This document shows, piece by piece, positions 14,730 to 28,987 of a stretch of 64,000 nucleotides of DNA (positions within the stretch are counted from its first letter, which is position 1; each line of letters starts with the position of its first letter). A program made the translations under genes and the position numbers. Location: the NCBI GenBank assembly GCA_051294375.1, contig CM119269.1, positions 124,001 through 188,000 of the forward strand, given 5' to 3'. This stretch comes from Paraspadella gotoi (Eukaryota > Animalia > Chaetognatha). Below the pieces are notes generated by a model. The model saw nothing but the letters and a program-made list of their open reading frames with translations, ran no database searches and had not been told where the DNA came from.

Positions 14730-15068
14730 TCGTCATCTCTTGAGATTTGACAAGCCACATTAGTTTTGCGGCGCGAAGCAGGTGGTCGTTTTTGTTGTTG
14801 TTGTTGTTGTCGTTGTCGTCGTCGTTTTCCGACAGCGAAATGAGTCGCCGATTTTCAAGCATAAATTCGAAAGTCGAAAGCAGAAGTTGGATCGTCGTCG
14901 TCGTCGTCGTCGTCGTCTATAATTTGTTTTCACTGTCATTCATCTGTCATTCACTATCATTAGAACTATCGTTAGTTTGTTATCTCCATCGTTGTTGTCA
15001 TGTATCTATTGACCTCATCATCCATATATTTTATCATTAATCACTCATTTGTCTTTAATTTCCGATGA

Positions 15069-15106
<38 letters not shown>

Positions 15107-15967
15107 NNNNNNNNNNNNNNNNNNNNNNNNNNNNNNNNNNNNNNNNNNNNNNNNNNNNNNNNNNNNNNNNNNNNNNNNNNNNNNNNNNNNNNNNNNNNNN
15201 NNNNNNNNNNNNNNNNNNNNNNNNNNNNNNNNNNNNNNNNNNNNNNNNNNNNNNNNNNNNNNNNNNNNNNNNNNNNNNNNNNNNNNNNNNNNNNNNNNNN
15301 NNNNNNNNNNNNNNNNNNNNNNNNNNNNNNNNNNNNNNNNNNNNNNNNNNNNNNNNNNNNNNNNNNNNNNNNNNNNNNNNNNNNNNNNNNNNNNNNNNNN
15401 NNNNNNNNNNNNNNNNNNNNNNNNNNNNNNNNNNNNNNNNNNNNNNNNNNNNNNNNNNNNNNNNNNNNNNNNNNNNNNNNNNNNNNNNNNNNNNNNNNNN
15501 NNNNNNNNNNNNNNNNNNNNNNNNNNNNNNNNNNNNNNNNNNNNNNNNNNNNNNNNNNNNNNNNNNNNNNNNNNNNNNNNNNNNNNNNNNNNNNNNNNNN
15601 NNNNNNNNNNNNNNNNNNNNNNNNNNNNNNNNNNNNNNNNNNNNNNNNNNNNNNNNNNNNNNNNNNNNNNNNNNNNNNNNNNNNNNNNNNNNNNNNNNNN
15701 NNNNNNNNNNNNNNNNNNNNNNNNNNNNNNNNNNNNNNNNNNNNNNNNNNNNNNNNNNNNNNNNNNNNNNNNNNNNNNNNNNNNNNNNNNNNNNNNNNNN
15801 NNNNNNNNNNNNNNNNNNNNNNNNNNNNNNNNNNNNNNNNNNNNNNNNNNNNNNNNNNNNNNNNNNNNNNNNNNNNNNNNNNNNNNNNNNNNNNNNNNNN
15901 NNNNNNNNNNNNNNNNNNNNNNNNNNNNNNNNNNNNNNNNNNNNNNNNNNNNNNNNNNNNNNNNNNN
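15107..15967. other. Assembly gap (plus 25-N gaps at 3893, 5999, 22296, 24624, 30530 and a 100-N gap at 51792)
   Basis: Runs of N in the sequence. Confidence 0.99.
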
Positions 15968-16590
15968 GAGAGAGAGAGAGAGATGGCCGCAAAAATCCCT
16001 CTGACAACCCTTTTTTTCCGACTTCATTGTTTTTAAGATTGAAGTCTTATTGGTTCAGTCAATTCTTCGCTATAATTTATTGACTTTTCGTCATTTATAA
16101 GTAACTTGACCAGACAAATCGGTTAAATCATGTTTACTCTCTGAGAGTCTATAACGACGTCGCTGCTGTCGCCGCCGCAGCCGCCGCAGCCGCCGCAGAC
16201 GCTGTCGTCCTTCAGGTGGGATTCGCCCGAGATTTTCCAGTGACGTTTCATTTTGGAGAATCATCCGAGCGGAAGCGTCATTGTCATTTTCGTATTTGTC
16301 ATCATTTTCCCGATATTTTTGGTGATTGTCATCATCGTTACTTCTTTTGTTTTTGTCGTCAAAGTCGTCGTCGTCGTTATTGTCATTGTCATCGTTTGTT
16401 TACAAAGTCGTCATTATGATTCTCATTGTCTTTTCTGCAGTCGTCGTCATTTATGTAGTCATCGTCGCTGTCATTTTTGTTTAACTTGTAATTATTCGTC
16501 GAGTTGTTTACATATTCGTCATGGTTATCGTTGTTTACATATTTGTTGTAGTCGTTCTCATTCACAAAGTTGTCGTCGTCGTCTCTGTCA

Positions 16591-16627
<37 letters not shown>

Positions 16628-19600
16628 TTACGAAGTCGTCATCGGATTTGGAAAATCACTGATCCGAAACCAGAGTAATTCGGTGAGATGGAGAAGGAAG
16701 AGCAGGTGAAAGAAGAGGAAAGGAATAGAGCGAGGAAAGGGAGGAAAGGAAAGGAAGGAGGAAAAGAATGAATGGAGGTAGAACAGGAAGGAAATAGAGA
16801 AAAGAGGGAGGAAAGGAAAGTAGGATGAAGGAAAGAGATAGAAAGGAAAGTTTAATTAGCAAGAAAAAAGATTTGAAAGCTAAAGTAAAAATATGTAATT
16901 TAAAATAACAAACAAAATAAACAAACTATTTAAAGAGAACAAACAAGAGAACAAACCTTAAAACAAGTTTGAGCAAACAATGTCGAATCTGCCCACGATC
17001 ATTATCGTTAATTAATTAATTAATTAATTAATTAATTAATTAATTCCAGTGAAATAAAACGAACAAAAGGATCGAATCGGCGGAAACAAAGTCTTTGCTT
17101 CGACGACGACGACGACGACGACGACAAAAACGACGACGACAAAGAGAAGGAGAAGATTGGACAATAATGAGCATTGATGTATAATATGGACTGAGTTGTG
17201 CGTTAAGATAGTGTAGGTTGTACTAAGAGAAATATTTTCAGCCTTGTATATTAGCAGATTCGTCATTACCGTGATTCGGATCCTCTCTTTGTTTTGGTCT
17301 CGTATCGCTCGAGTGGCATGAATGTGAACTCATCTCTCTCTCTCTCTTTTTCTTTTCACCAAATATTCAAATCATTTTTACTCTCTCTTTCCCTACTTTC
17401 ACCTGTCCTCACTCATGACCACTATCCTTGCTCATTCTTTGTTGGAAACGTCTCTCTCTCTTCTTTCTCTCTCTCTCTCAAACTAAATGTAAAAATTTTG
17501 GTCTATTGAATTCACTTTTGCTGATGAAGAACTCGCAAAAACTAAGAGTCGAACATGTACATTAATAAAATAAATTGCATATTAACACAACTGAATTTTC
17601 GTTTCATCTCTAACTATTTATATATTAATATTAATTAAGGCTTTTTAAAACAAATCGTCTGACAACAACTACACAAAACAAAACAAACAACAACAAACAA
17701 CTACTCACCAACGGCGTGAATCCTGATTCCTTCTATATGCGCCTTTGTACGTTGCTGCCTTTAGTTCCTTCTATGGCACCAGTGGCAACTGGATCCCAAT
17801 TGACCACTGCCACTTTGCTTTAGGGTACAAGGCCAGCACCTTGGGGTGTGGAAGGGGTAGCGGGAGTGTTTCAGGAGTGAAGTGGTAATAGGTGGGACAA
17901 GAGATGAAAATAAATTTGAGAAAAGAAGAATAGAGAGGAGAAATGAGCAGAGAAGAGAGAAGAGAGGAGAGAGAGAGAGATTTACAAAGTCTTCTTACCT
18001 TCCTGACACTCTTGTGTCTTCCTCCTAACGAGATAGAAGACACCAATGGTATCCCAATTTTTGATAACTCTCGACGAAGGTTTTGAGCAAAGATTTGGAA
18101 CGCTATGAGGGTGAGTTCAATCCGTTCTTTTATTTTGCGCACGTGATGGTAAGACTCTTTGTGAGCGAAATTTGGTTGTATTCATGTGGCTATAAGAGTA
18201 GATCGTTCCGCATTTGTCGCCTGGATGAGAAAAGGGTATAGGTTAGGAATAGGGGATAGGGGATAGGGAAGGGGATAGGGATTAGGAGATAGAGGATAGG
18301 GAAATAGGGGATAGGGATTGGGGATAGGGGATAAGGGATAGGGGATAGGGATAAGGGATAGGAGAAAGGGGATAGGGAATGGGTAGTAAGGGATCTGGGA
18401 TAAGGTGATAAGGGATAGGGGATAAGGGAGATAGGGAGTGAGGGGATAGATGATGAGGGATAGGGTTATTGGATAGGGGATAAGAGTTAGGGGATAGGTG
18501 ATAAGGGATAGGGGAATGGTGAAAAGGGATAGGGGATAGGGAATAGGCTATAGGTTATAGGGATAGGCTATATGTTATAGAGGATAGGTTGATATGGGAT
18601 AAGGGATGGTGGGATAGGTGATAAGGGATAGGTGATATAGAGATAGGGGATAGTGATAAGGGATCAGAGGATAGTGGAGATAGGGGATTAGGAGAAGGGC
18701 GATAGGGGATAAGGGATTGGGTTAGGGGAAAAAGAGGATAGGGGATAGGACAGCGAGATAAAATAGTTAGATGGGAAGGAAGAAAGATTAGAGAAATAGG
18801 AGAATTAAATGAATCAGAGGATGAAAGAAGAAAAGAAGAAAGAAGAAGAAGAAAAGGGATCAAGGATCAATTAGACACAAAGTCCTCAATTTATCCCCTT
18901 GATTTAGTTTTATATACATCAGGGATATTCCCTTTCTTTGTCGTTTTACTAAATAATTACTACTTCGTTCCGAATGAAAATTAGTAAATCCTTATTTTTT
19001 AGGCCAATCAGCATTAAGATTTGAAATACGAACCAATCATAGAATTTTTTTTTTAATTTGCCAACTTTTATCGATTGAGACAGAAATTTTTTTACCCGTT
19101 ATTTGATCAAGCTTTTTTTTCAACGTACCACTTGAAATGACTCCTAGATAAAACATCCAAAGCTTTTTTGAAGCAATCAGCAATCATCCGCGTCCAACAA
19201 ACTGACCCAAGTTGCCACGAGAATTGTTGGCCCCACGGCACCATGGATTTCCCCACGACGAGACAGTGAACGCGAACAGTCGACACTCTTTGGAAAAGGC
19301 CTGCATTTGGAAGGACAGTCAAGTTTGGGGCCTGAGAGGTAAACCAAGCGGATGTTTTGACCCATCGGCACTGAAATGAGGGGGGGGGGCGGAATTAAAA
19401 GGATTAATGAGAATGAAAGGACCTTTTTACTAAATGTTATATAACATAAAAGTCCTATAAGGGGCAGGGAAGAGAGTTTAAGGGAAAGAAGAAAGAAAGA
19501 AAAAAGGGATAGAATACTTGAGAAAGAAATAAAGAAAAAAGAAAGAAAGAAAGAAGAAGAAAGAAAAAAGAAAAAAGAAAAAAGAAAGAAAGAAAAGAGC

Positions 19601-19977
19601 TTCATCCAAAGAAAGAAGAAACGAAAGAAAGAAAAAGAAAGAAAGAAATAGACTTCATCAAAGAAAGAAGAGAAAGAAAGAAAGAAAGACAGAAAGAAAG
19701 AGGAGACTTCATCCAAAAAAAAAAAAAGAAAAAAAAAAAAAAAAAGGAAAAAAAGAAAGAAAGAAAGGAAAGAGACTCATCCAAAAGCTTGGTTCTTTTG
19801 TTCTTTGTCTCCCGCGTTCTTCTGGTCGTTTTACTTTTGTGTTACGAAATAGAGACCCGCTGAGGCGTTAGACTAAGAGAGAGAGAGAGAGAGAGAGAGA
19901 GGATGAGAAGAGAGAGAGGAGAACAGAGAGTAGGCGAGAGAGGAGAAGAGAGAGATAGAGAGAGAGAGTAGGTTAGT

Positions 19978-20019
<42 letters not shown>

Positions 20020-22263
20020 GGACAGAAACAGAAGAGTAGGACGAGAAAGAGAGAGAGAGAGAGAGAGTAGGTTAGTGAGAGAGAGATCAGAAGACGAGAG
20101 AGAGAGAGATAGAGGAGAGAGAGAAATCAGAGAGTAGGCGAGAGAGAGAGGAGAGATAGAGAGAGGAGTGAGAGACACGGCATTGAACCCACCTGATCAA
20201 CGCAGGAAAAAGTTGTTGTGGATTTTTCGTCCATCAACACTCTATCATCATCATTAACATCATCATCGTCACGTCATCGTCATCTTGATCATCATCATCG
20301 TCACCATCATCATCGTCATCGTCATTATCATCATCAATACATCATCAACCATCATATCGTCATCAGATCATCATCATATCATCATCCTCTGTTGGTTTAG
20401 CTTTTCTTGTGTCTTCGCCATTATCGACGTTTTCGTCGTCGTCGTGTCGTCGTCGTCTCGTCGTTCGTCGCTCGCTCTTTGTTTTAAAAGGTGTTTTTTT
20501 TTTCGTCTTTGTTATCGATATTGACGTTTTCGTCGCAATCAGTCGCGTCGTCGTTGTTGTTGTCGTCGTTTCGGTTGTTTGTCGTCGTCTCCGTCGCGTT
20601 GTGTCGTTGTTGTCGTCGTCGTTGTCGTTGTTGTCGTCGTTGTCGTCTGTCGTTTTTGTCGTCGTCGTTTTTCGTCGTCGTCGTCGTCGTCGTCAAGCAA
20701 AGCTTTGTTTCCGCCGATTCGATCCTTTTGTTCGTTTTATTTCACTGAATTAATTAATAATTATAATTTAATTAATTACCGATAATGATCGTGGGCAGAT
20801 TCGAATTGTTTGCTCAAAACTTGTTTTTAAGTTTGTTCTCGACTTGTTTGTTCTCTTTAGATAGTTTTGGTCTCTTATTTGTTTGTTATTGTAAATTACA
20901 TATTATTACTTATAGAGAGTCAATAGTTTTTTCTTGCTAATTAAACATTCCGCGTTCTATCTCTTTCTTCATCCTCACTGTTTCCTTTTTCTCGCCCTCT
21001 TTTCTCTATTGTCCTTCCTGTTTCTAACGACGCTCCATTCATTCTTTTCCTCCTTCACCTTTCCTTTTCCTCCCTTATTCCTCGCTCTAACTTCCTTCCT
21101 CTTCTTTTCACCCTGCTTCGTCCTTCTCCATCTCACCGACACAATATACTGCAAGGGTTTCGAGAAGATCAAGTGATCTTCAAATCCGATGACGACTTCG
21201 TCACCGACGACGACGATGATGACAGAGACCGACGACGACGACGATGACGACGACGACACGATGACGACGACGACGATGACAGAGACGACGACGATGACAG
21301 AGACGAACGACGACACGATGACAAGAGACGACGACGACGACGATGACGACGACGATGACAGAGACGACGACGATGAACAGAGACGACGACGAACGACGAA
21401 ACGATGACAGAGCGACGACGACGGATGACGACGACGAACGACGAAATGACAGAAGACCGACGACGATGACAGAGACGACGACACGACGTGACAGAGACGA
21501 CGACGAATGACAGAGACGACGACGAATGACAGAGACCCGACGACGACGATGAACAAGAGACGACGACGACGCGATGAACGACGACGGTGACAGGACCGGA
21601 CGACTGATGACAGAGCGACACAGACGACGTGATGAAGAGACGACGATGACGACGAGATGACAGAGAGACGAATGAACAACTTGTGAATGAGAACGACTAC
21701 AAAAAATATGTTAAACACGATAACCATGACGATATGTAAACAACTCGAAGATAATACAAAGTTTAAACAAAAATACTGCGACGATATGACTACATTAATG
21801 AACGACTGCAAGAAAAGACAATGAAGAATCATAATGACGAACTTTGTAAACAAACGATGACAATTGACATAACGACCGACGATTTGACGACAAAAACACA
21901 AAAGAAGAACATGATGACAATCACCAAAAATATCGGATGATGACAAAACGAAAATGACATGACGCTCCGCTCGTATGATTTCTCCAAAATGAAACGTCAC
22001 TGAAAATCTCGGGCGAATCCCCCTGAAGGAGACAGCGTCTGCGGCGCTGCGGCGCTGCGGCGGCCGACAGCAGCGACGTCCGTTATAGACCTCTCAGAGA
22101 GTAAAACAATGATTTAACCGATTTTGTCTTGGTCAAGTTACTTATAAATGAAACGAAAAGTCATAAATTAAATAGCGAAGAATTGAACTGAACCAATCAG
22201 ACTTAATCTTAAAACATGAAAGTCGGAAAAAAAAGGGTTGTCAAGAGGGATTTTTTGCGGCCA

Positions 22264-22295
<32 letters not shown>

Positions 22296-22320
22296 NNNNN
22301 NNNNNNNNNNNNNNNNNNNN

Positions 22321-22353
<33 letters not shown>

Positions 22354-22619
22354 CTGCGTAATCTCCCTTGGCTCCTTATCTTCTGTGAATCTTTATCTCT
22401 CTCTTTTTTCTTTCCTCTCTGTCGTATCCTTTACTCTAGTTTCCTGCAAATGTTTACTTTCTGTCTTTACTTTCTGTTTATCCTTTTTCTTTTCTCTTTT
22501 TTCCTCTTTCTTTCCTGTTTTGTTAACAAACGCCACATCGTTTGTCGTATTGTCCCTGGATGTCAGTTTTTTTTTAACTTTCTTTCTTTTTTTCCTCTCT
22601 TTCCTTTAATCCCTTGTTG

Positions 22620-23158
22620 AGCATAATTTCAAAATCTCTCAACCCTTTTACTCTCTTCTTTTCCTACCCTCTCTTTTCTTCTCTTTTCTTTTCTTTTTTC
22701 TTTTCTTCTCTTTTCTTTTCTTTTCTTTTCTTTTCTTTTCTTTTCTTTTCTTTTCTTTTTTCTTTTCTTCTCTTTTCTTTTCTTTTCTTCTCTTATCTTT
22801 TCTTTTCTTTTTTCCTCTCTTTCCCTTAATCCCTTGTTGAGCATAATTTCAAAAATCTCTCAACCCTTTTACTCTCTTCTTTTCCTAACCCTCTCTTTTC
22901 TTATCTTGTCGTGTCTCTCTTCCTACCTGTCTAATGCCTTTTTTTTTGTTTTTGTGTTTTCGTTATTTTTTTGGACTTTATTTTGTCTTGTCTTGTCTGT
23001 CTTTGTCTTGTCTTGTCTTGCTCTCTTTCTTTTCTTTTCTTTTCTTTCTTTCTTGTCTTTTTCTTTTCTTTTCTTCTCTTTTCTTTTATTTTCTTTTCTT
23101 TTTTTTCTTTTCTTTTTTTTCTTGTCTTTTTTCTTGTCTTTTCTTCTCTTTTCTTTTC

Positions 23159-23192
<34 letters not shown>

Positions 23193-23800
23193 CTTTTCTT
23201 TTCTTTTCTTTTCTTTTCTTTTTTTTTGTCTTTTCTTTTCTTTTCTTTTTTTCTTTTCTTTTTTCTTGTCTTTTCTTCTCTTTTCTTTTCTTTTTATCTT
23301 TTTTTTCTTTTCTTTTCTTTTCTTTTCTTCTCCTCTCTTTTCTTTTCTTTTTTTCTTTTCTTCTCTTTTCTTTTCTTTTCTTTTTTCTTCTCTTCTCTTT
23401 TTTATTTTTGATTTCTCTTTTCTTTTCTTTTTTCTCGTCTCTTCGTTTTTTTTTTCTCTTCTCTTCTCATTTTTTTTCTTTTTTTTCTTCTCTTTTCTTC
23501 TCTTCTCTTTTCTTCTCTTCTCTTCTCTTTTTTAATCTTTTTTTCTCTTATCTTTTCTTTTCTTTTCTTTTCTTTTCTTTTCTTTTCTTCTTTTCTCTAC
23601 TCTTTACTTTTCTTCTCGTATCTTATCTTCTTTTCTCTTTTCTTTTCTCCTTTTTTTCTTTTCTTCTCTTCTTTTCTCTTCTCTTCTCTTCTCTTCTCTT
23701 CTCTTCTCTTCTCTTCTCTTCTCTTCTCTTCTCTTCTCTTCTCTTCTCTTCTATTCTCTTTTCTCTTCTCTTCTCTTCTCTTTTCTTCTCTTCTCCCTTC
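22620..23800. repeat. (TTTTC)n/(TCTTC)n polypyrimidine satellite
   Basis: About 1.2 kb, almost purely C/T; a purine-strand equivalent lies at about 38600-38890. Confidence 0.9.
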
Positions 23801-24585
23801 TCATTTTCCCTCTCTCTTTCCCGCCCTCGTCCACGGAGGATTGTTAAAAGGTTAATCGGTTTTTCTTATCTTTTTTTTCTTGTCCATTGAACTTTTTTCT
23901 TTTCTTTCTTCCACTTTCTTTTTTCCTTAACTTTTCTTTTTTCTTCCTCTATTATCTTCTTTCTTCATATTTTTTCTTTCCTTCACTTTTCTTTTCATCC
24001 TTCACTTTTATTCTTTTCTTCTCTTTTTCTATCTTTCTTCTAATTTTCTTTTTCCTCCACCTTTCTTTCTTTCCTCCACTTTTTTCCCTTTTCTTCCTCC
24101 ACCTACGTATATTTTTTCCTCTATTTTTCCTTCTTTTTCTTCTCTATTTTTTCTTCCCCTTATAAGCTTAATTTCCGCCATTCGTCGACCGAATGAGTTT
24201 TTTTTTTTAAATTTTGAAAAAAAATTAGGATAGAAACAATTTATCCGAGCATCGGTCGGTCAGTCAGTCGTTCGGTCGTTTTTTTTTCGGTTGGACAGAT
24301 GGACAGACAGGCGGGCAGATTCTCTCGAGACTAGAGAAACAAACTGTACTTTAAAAAAAGACTTTCTCATTTATAGTTATTTACTCATAAATATTTTTAG
24401 CTAAAGAAATAAATATTTTCTTTGAGCAAAACCAAATTATGATTTCAATTCAAAATATTATGATCGAGAAAAAATGAAAGTGAGAAAAATGGATTGGGTT
24501 TCGGCCTTCGGACTCAAAGGGAATTTGTCATATCTCAAACTCAGATGGTTCATCTCTCTTCTGTCCTCTTAACCGTCTTCCCTGA

Positions 24586-24623
<38 letters not shown>

Positions 24624-24648
24624 NNNNNNNNNNNNNNNNNNNNNNNNN

Positions 24649-26445
24649 GTAGGTATCATTTGCTGAGGAACAGTGGCCACCAGGGAGGAGCTTGTCCAAG
24701 TAACAGTCTTGACGTATGCAACGTTCAATCTCCACCCCTTGCAGGAAGGGGCGAACGAGACCTTGCTGTTGAAGGACAGACGCGCCCACCACACGCGCAA
24801 GGTGGTAGATGCAGAGCGATCTTCAGAACGTTGGCTCCATGTCTCCTACCCCTACCACCTAAAAGGGCATCACTGACCACTCATTGTGGCGAGGTGCTGG
24901 CAAAGCAGGGGCCATCTCCAGTTTGCAGTGAGCATTGACTCCGCGCTCTTTACGTGAGCAATTGGTGATACACCGAAAGACAAGAGGGATCCCCAGACCG
25001 AAACATCAGGAGCCCGTCTAGTTGGCGGCCTGTGCAGGAGCGGGCAACAACTCTCTGAGCAAACTAGCCACCCTATCGTGGGCGAGAACAGGAATAGTCA
25101 TCTATCAGATTATGGTTCCAACAACATATCAAAGCCCTATCGTCTGAGTTCTGAGGGCACTATCTGTCGGCAGTTGTTGGCCCAAGAACACGCAACAACT
25201 ATGGGATCATCTTTTCAGCAATAAGAAGACTGAGTCTCGTGCTGTCCCAATGACAAACTGTTTCTCAAGAGGTATTAGAGAGGCAATTTACATCAAGGCA
25301 CTCGAAACCCCTTTGAAACCGTGATGGAGGACGATATCGAACTCCCTCCAAGCTATGATTTCGCTTATCAACACTGTGTTTGGAGCACCCAACGCCACCT
25401 CAGGCCGCACGTGATTCCCCCTGTCCTCACTCAACGGGTCAGCGGAAGGCCTCTCAGCAGGCACTGACGTCCGATTCTCGCCTTCAACTCGAGCTTGCAT
25501 GCACTTGGCGCGCACTCTTCTTCGTGCTGAGCGTCGACCCGACAGCGTCTGGGGGAGAGATCTGTATCACCTGTCCCCAAACAGGCCCGAACAGGCAATC
25601 GCCCCACCCTCGCGTTCGATCCACAACGGTCGCCGGACAAAGATGAAGAATGTTTACTCCCGTAGGTAGGGAGGCCTTTATCGGACAGTGCCTATATCAG
25701 GTCAGAGATTTCGTTGGCGCTGGGCCATTCTTCCGGCCGGAACATTGCCGGATCCAGCCCTGTCCCAATTTCCGCCTACAGGTATCAGTCTCAGCCTATG
25801 GAACAGGGCGCAGAAGACTCCGATCCTGCTTCGTTTGGCGTCTCCGCAGTTTATTGCACACCGGCAGAGGGCCGGGGGCGGTCTCTTTTTATGAGCCTTT
25901 TTCTTTACCTTATTGACTCATTATCACTTATCTTTAACTTATCTACTCCCCATCACTTATTCTTCTTTTTCATTTTCTCTTACCTAACATCATTACAGAC
26001 TAAATCTTTTATTTTATTACTTTTGAGTTAAATAATTAGTTTTACTATAGAGAAATTTTTTCACTATGCTATGTAAGTCAGTGCTAATGCTTTGTCCGTG
26101 GTCTCTTCTCTCATCGTCTCTCATATCTCTCTTCTTTTTCTTTTCACTCGTTCAATCCAGTTACTTACTGCTCTTCTCCTAAACTTTCACCTGTACCTCC
26201 CTAACAATCTGACACTATCCTTGCTACAATTCTTTGCTTGGAACTCTCTCTCTCTCTCCATATATCTCTTCTCGTCTTCTTCATTCATTATAACTAAAAT
26301 GTTAATAAGATTTTGGTCTGAGTTGAAATTCAGCCTTGCTGATAAGACTCGACAAAACTAAGAGTCGAAACATGTACAATTAATAGAATAAAAAATTGCA
26401 CTAATTAGACAACTAGAATTTTTATCGTTTCAATCTCTAACTATT
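24649..26445 (+). mobile_element. Redundant copy of the intronic PLE (GIY-YIG, pLTR)
   Basis: Reverse complement of about 32477-34055, very indel-rich, same host flank downstream. Confidence 0.8.
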
Positions 26446-28478
26446 TATAATTAATATAATTAAGCTTTTAAAGCAAATTCTCCTGACACAATTTCTACAC
26501 ACCAACACAACAACAACTACTCACCAACGGCGTGTCTGTTCTTCTTTTGCGCCGATTTGTACGTTGCTGCCTGGCTGTTTTGTTCTTCTATGAGCAGTGC
26601 ACTAGGATGCCACTACTGGACCACTGCCTCATTTATCTTCCTTATTGCTTTCGGGGACAGCTCACTCTAACCCTTTTGGGGTGTGGTGAAGGGTGTAGCG
26701 GGATAGTGATTTACAGGAGGTGAGTTGGGGGTAATATGGTGGGACAAGAGATAGAAATAAATTACTGAGAAAAGAGAAGATAATAGGAGACGAGAAGACC
26801 GAGCAGGAGAGAGAGAGAGAGAGAGACGAGTAGAGAGAGAAGGAGATTTACAAAAGTCTTTCTACCTTATCCTGAAACTCTTTTGTGTCTTTCCTTAATC
26901 ATAGAGAGACAAGCCATGGTATCACTTCTGTGAGACTCTCGACGAAGGGTTTAATGAGGACAGTTTGGACGCTATGGAGTAGGTGATTTTCAACTCCGTG
27001 GTCATTATTATTTGCCGTCAACGTTGAAATGGTAGTAGACTTTTTTAGTGAGCGATTTGGAATGTAGTTGCATAAAGTGGCTTAAAAAAATAGAATACGT
27101 TGCGCCGATTCAGTTCTGCCTGGATGAGAATGGGTATAGGTTAGGAAAATAGGGGATAGGGCCATAGGGGATAGGGATACCGGAGATTAGAGGATAGGAA
27201 TAAACAATGGGGATAGGGGATGGAGGATACCAGGTGATATAGGGAGATAATGGGCGATAAGGGATAGGGAATAGGGATAAGGGATTAGGAGAAAGGGGAA
27301 AAGTGGGAATGGGTGATGAAGGGATTGGGGATATGGTGATAGAGTTAAAAGGGATAAGGGGATAGGAGAATAGGAGTGAGGGATAGATGATGAGGGATAG
27401 GGGTTATTGGATAGGGGATAAGAGTTTAGGGGATAGGTGATAAGGGATAGGGAATGGTGAAAAGGGATAGGGAATAGGCTATACGGTTATAGGGGATTAG
27501 CTATAGGGTAGTATAGAGGATTAGGGGATATGGGATAACGGATGTGGATAGGTGATAAGGGCATAGGTGATAAGAGATAGGGGAATAGGTTGATAAGGGA
27601 TAGAGGATAGGAGATTAGGGGATAGGAGAAAGGGAAAGGGGATTACAGGGATTTGGTTAGGGAAAAGAGATAGGGGATAGGACGAGGAGAATAAAATAGT
27701 AGATGGGAGGAAAGAAAGATTAGAGAAAATAGGAGAATAATGGAATCAGAGGATGAAGAAGAAAAAGAAAGGAAGAGAAAAGAAAAGGAATCAGATCTAA
27801 TTAGACAACAAAGTCCTCAATTTATCCCCTTGATTTAGTTTTATATACATCAGGGGATATTTCCCTTTATCTTGTCGTTACTAAATAATTACACTTCGTT
27901 CCGATGAAAAATTTAGTAATTCCTTATTTAGCACAATCACACTAAGATTTTAGAAAACGAACCAATCATAGATTTTTTTTTAAGTTTGCCAACTTTTATC
28001 GATTGCGACAAGAATTTTTTTAGACCCGTTATTTGACAAGCTAATTCAACGTACCACCGTGAATACTCCTAGATAAACACACCAAGCTTTTTTGAAAGCA
28101 ATCAGCAAATCAAATACCGCGTCAACCAAACTGACGCCAGTTGCCACGAATGTTGGCCCACGGCACCAATGGGATTCCCCACGACGAGACAGTGAAAACG
28201 CGAACAGTCGACGACTCTTTGGAAAAAGGCCTGCCAATTGAAGGACAGTCAAGTTTGGGGCCGAAAGAGGTAAACCCAAGCGGAAGTGACGCACGGCACT
28301 GAAATAGGGGGGGGGCGGAATTAAAAAGGATTAATGTAGAAATGAAAGGACTTTTTTTTAACTAAATTAGTTAATAAATACATAAAGTCTTAAAGCGGGG
28401 CAGGGAGGAAGAGAGTAAAGGGAAGAAGAAAGAAAGAAAAAAGGGATAGAAATAAACTTGAGAAAGAATAAACGAAAA

Positions 28479-28518
<40 letters not shown>

Positions 28519-28947
28519 AAAGAAAAGAGAAAAGAAAGAGACTTCATCCAAAAGAAAGAAAAGAAAGAAAGAATAAAGAAAAGAAAGAAAGAAAGAGACT
28601 TCACAAAAGAAAGAAAGAAAGAAAGAAAGAAAGACAGAAAGAAAAGAAGAGAACTTCATCCAAAAAGAAAGAAAAAAAGAAGAAAGAAGAAAGAAAGAGA
28701 CTTCATCCAAAAGCTTGTTCTTTGTTCTTTGTCTCCCGCGTCTTTCTGTCGTTTTACTTTTGTGTTACGAAATAGAACGGCTGAGCCGTTAGACTAAAGA
28801 GAGAGTGAGAGAGAGAGAGAGAGAAGAGAGAGAGAGGAGAGGAGAGAGAGAGAGAGAGAGAGAGGCTTATACAGCTCAGGAAAAAGCGTAAGAAAAAAGA
28901 CGGTTAAAACGAGAAATGAATCTGAAGATACTCAATCCATCGTAATC

Positions 28948-28987
<40 letters not shown>

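Noticed and set aside
15041-16083. Four 320-344 aa ORFs
   Set aside because: They consist almost entirely of the N gap.
6024-26445. Three further independent PLE insertions or a tandem Ig gene cluster
   Set aside because: All copies share the same host flank and differ mostly by read-type indels, so they represent one insertion seen repeatedly.
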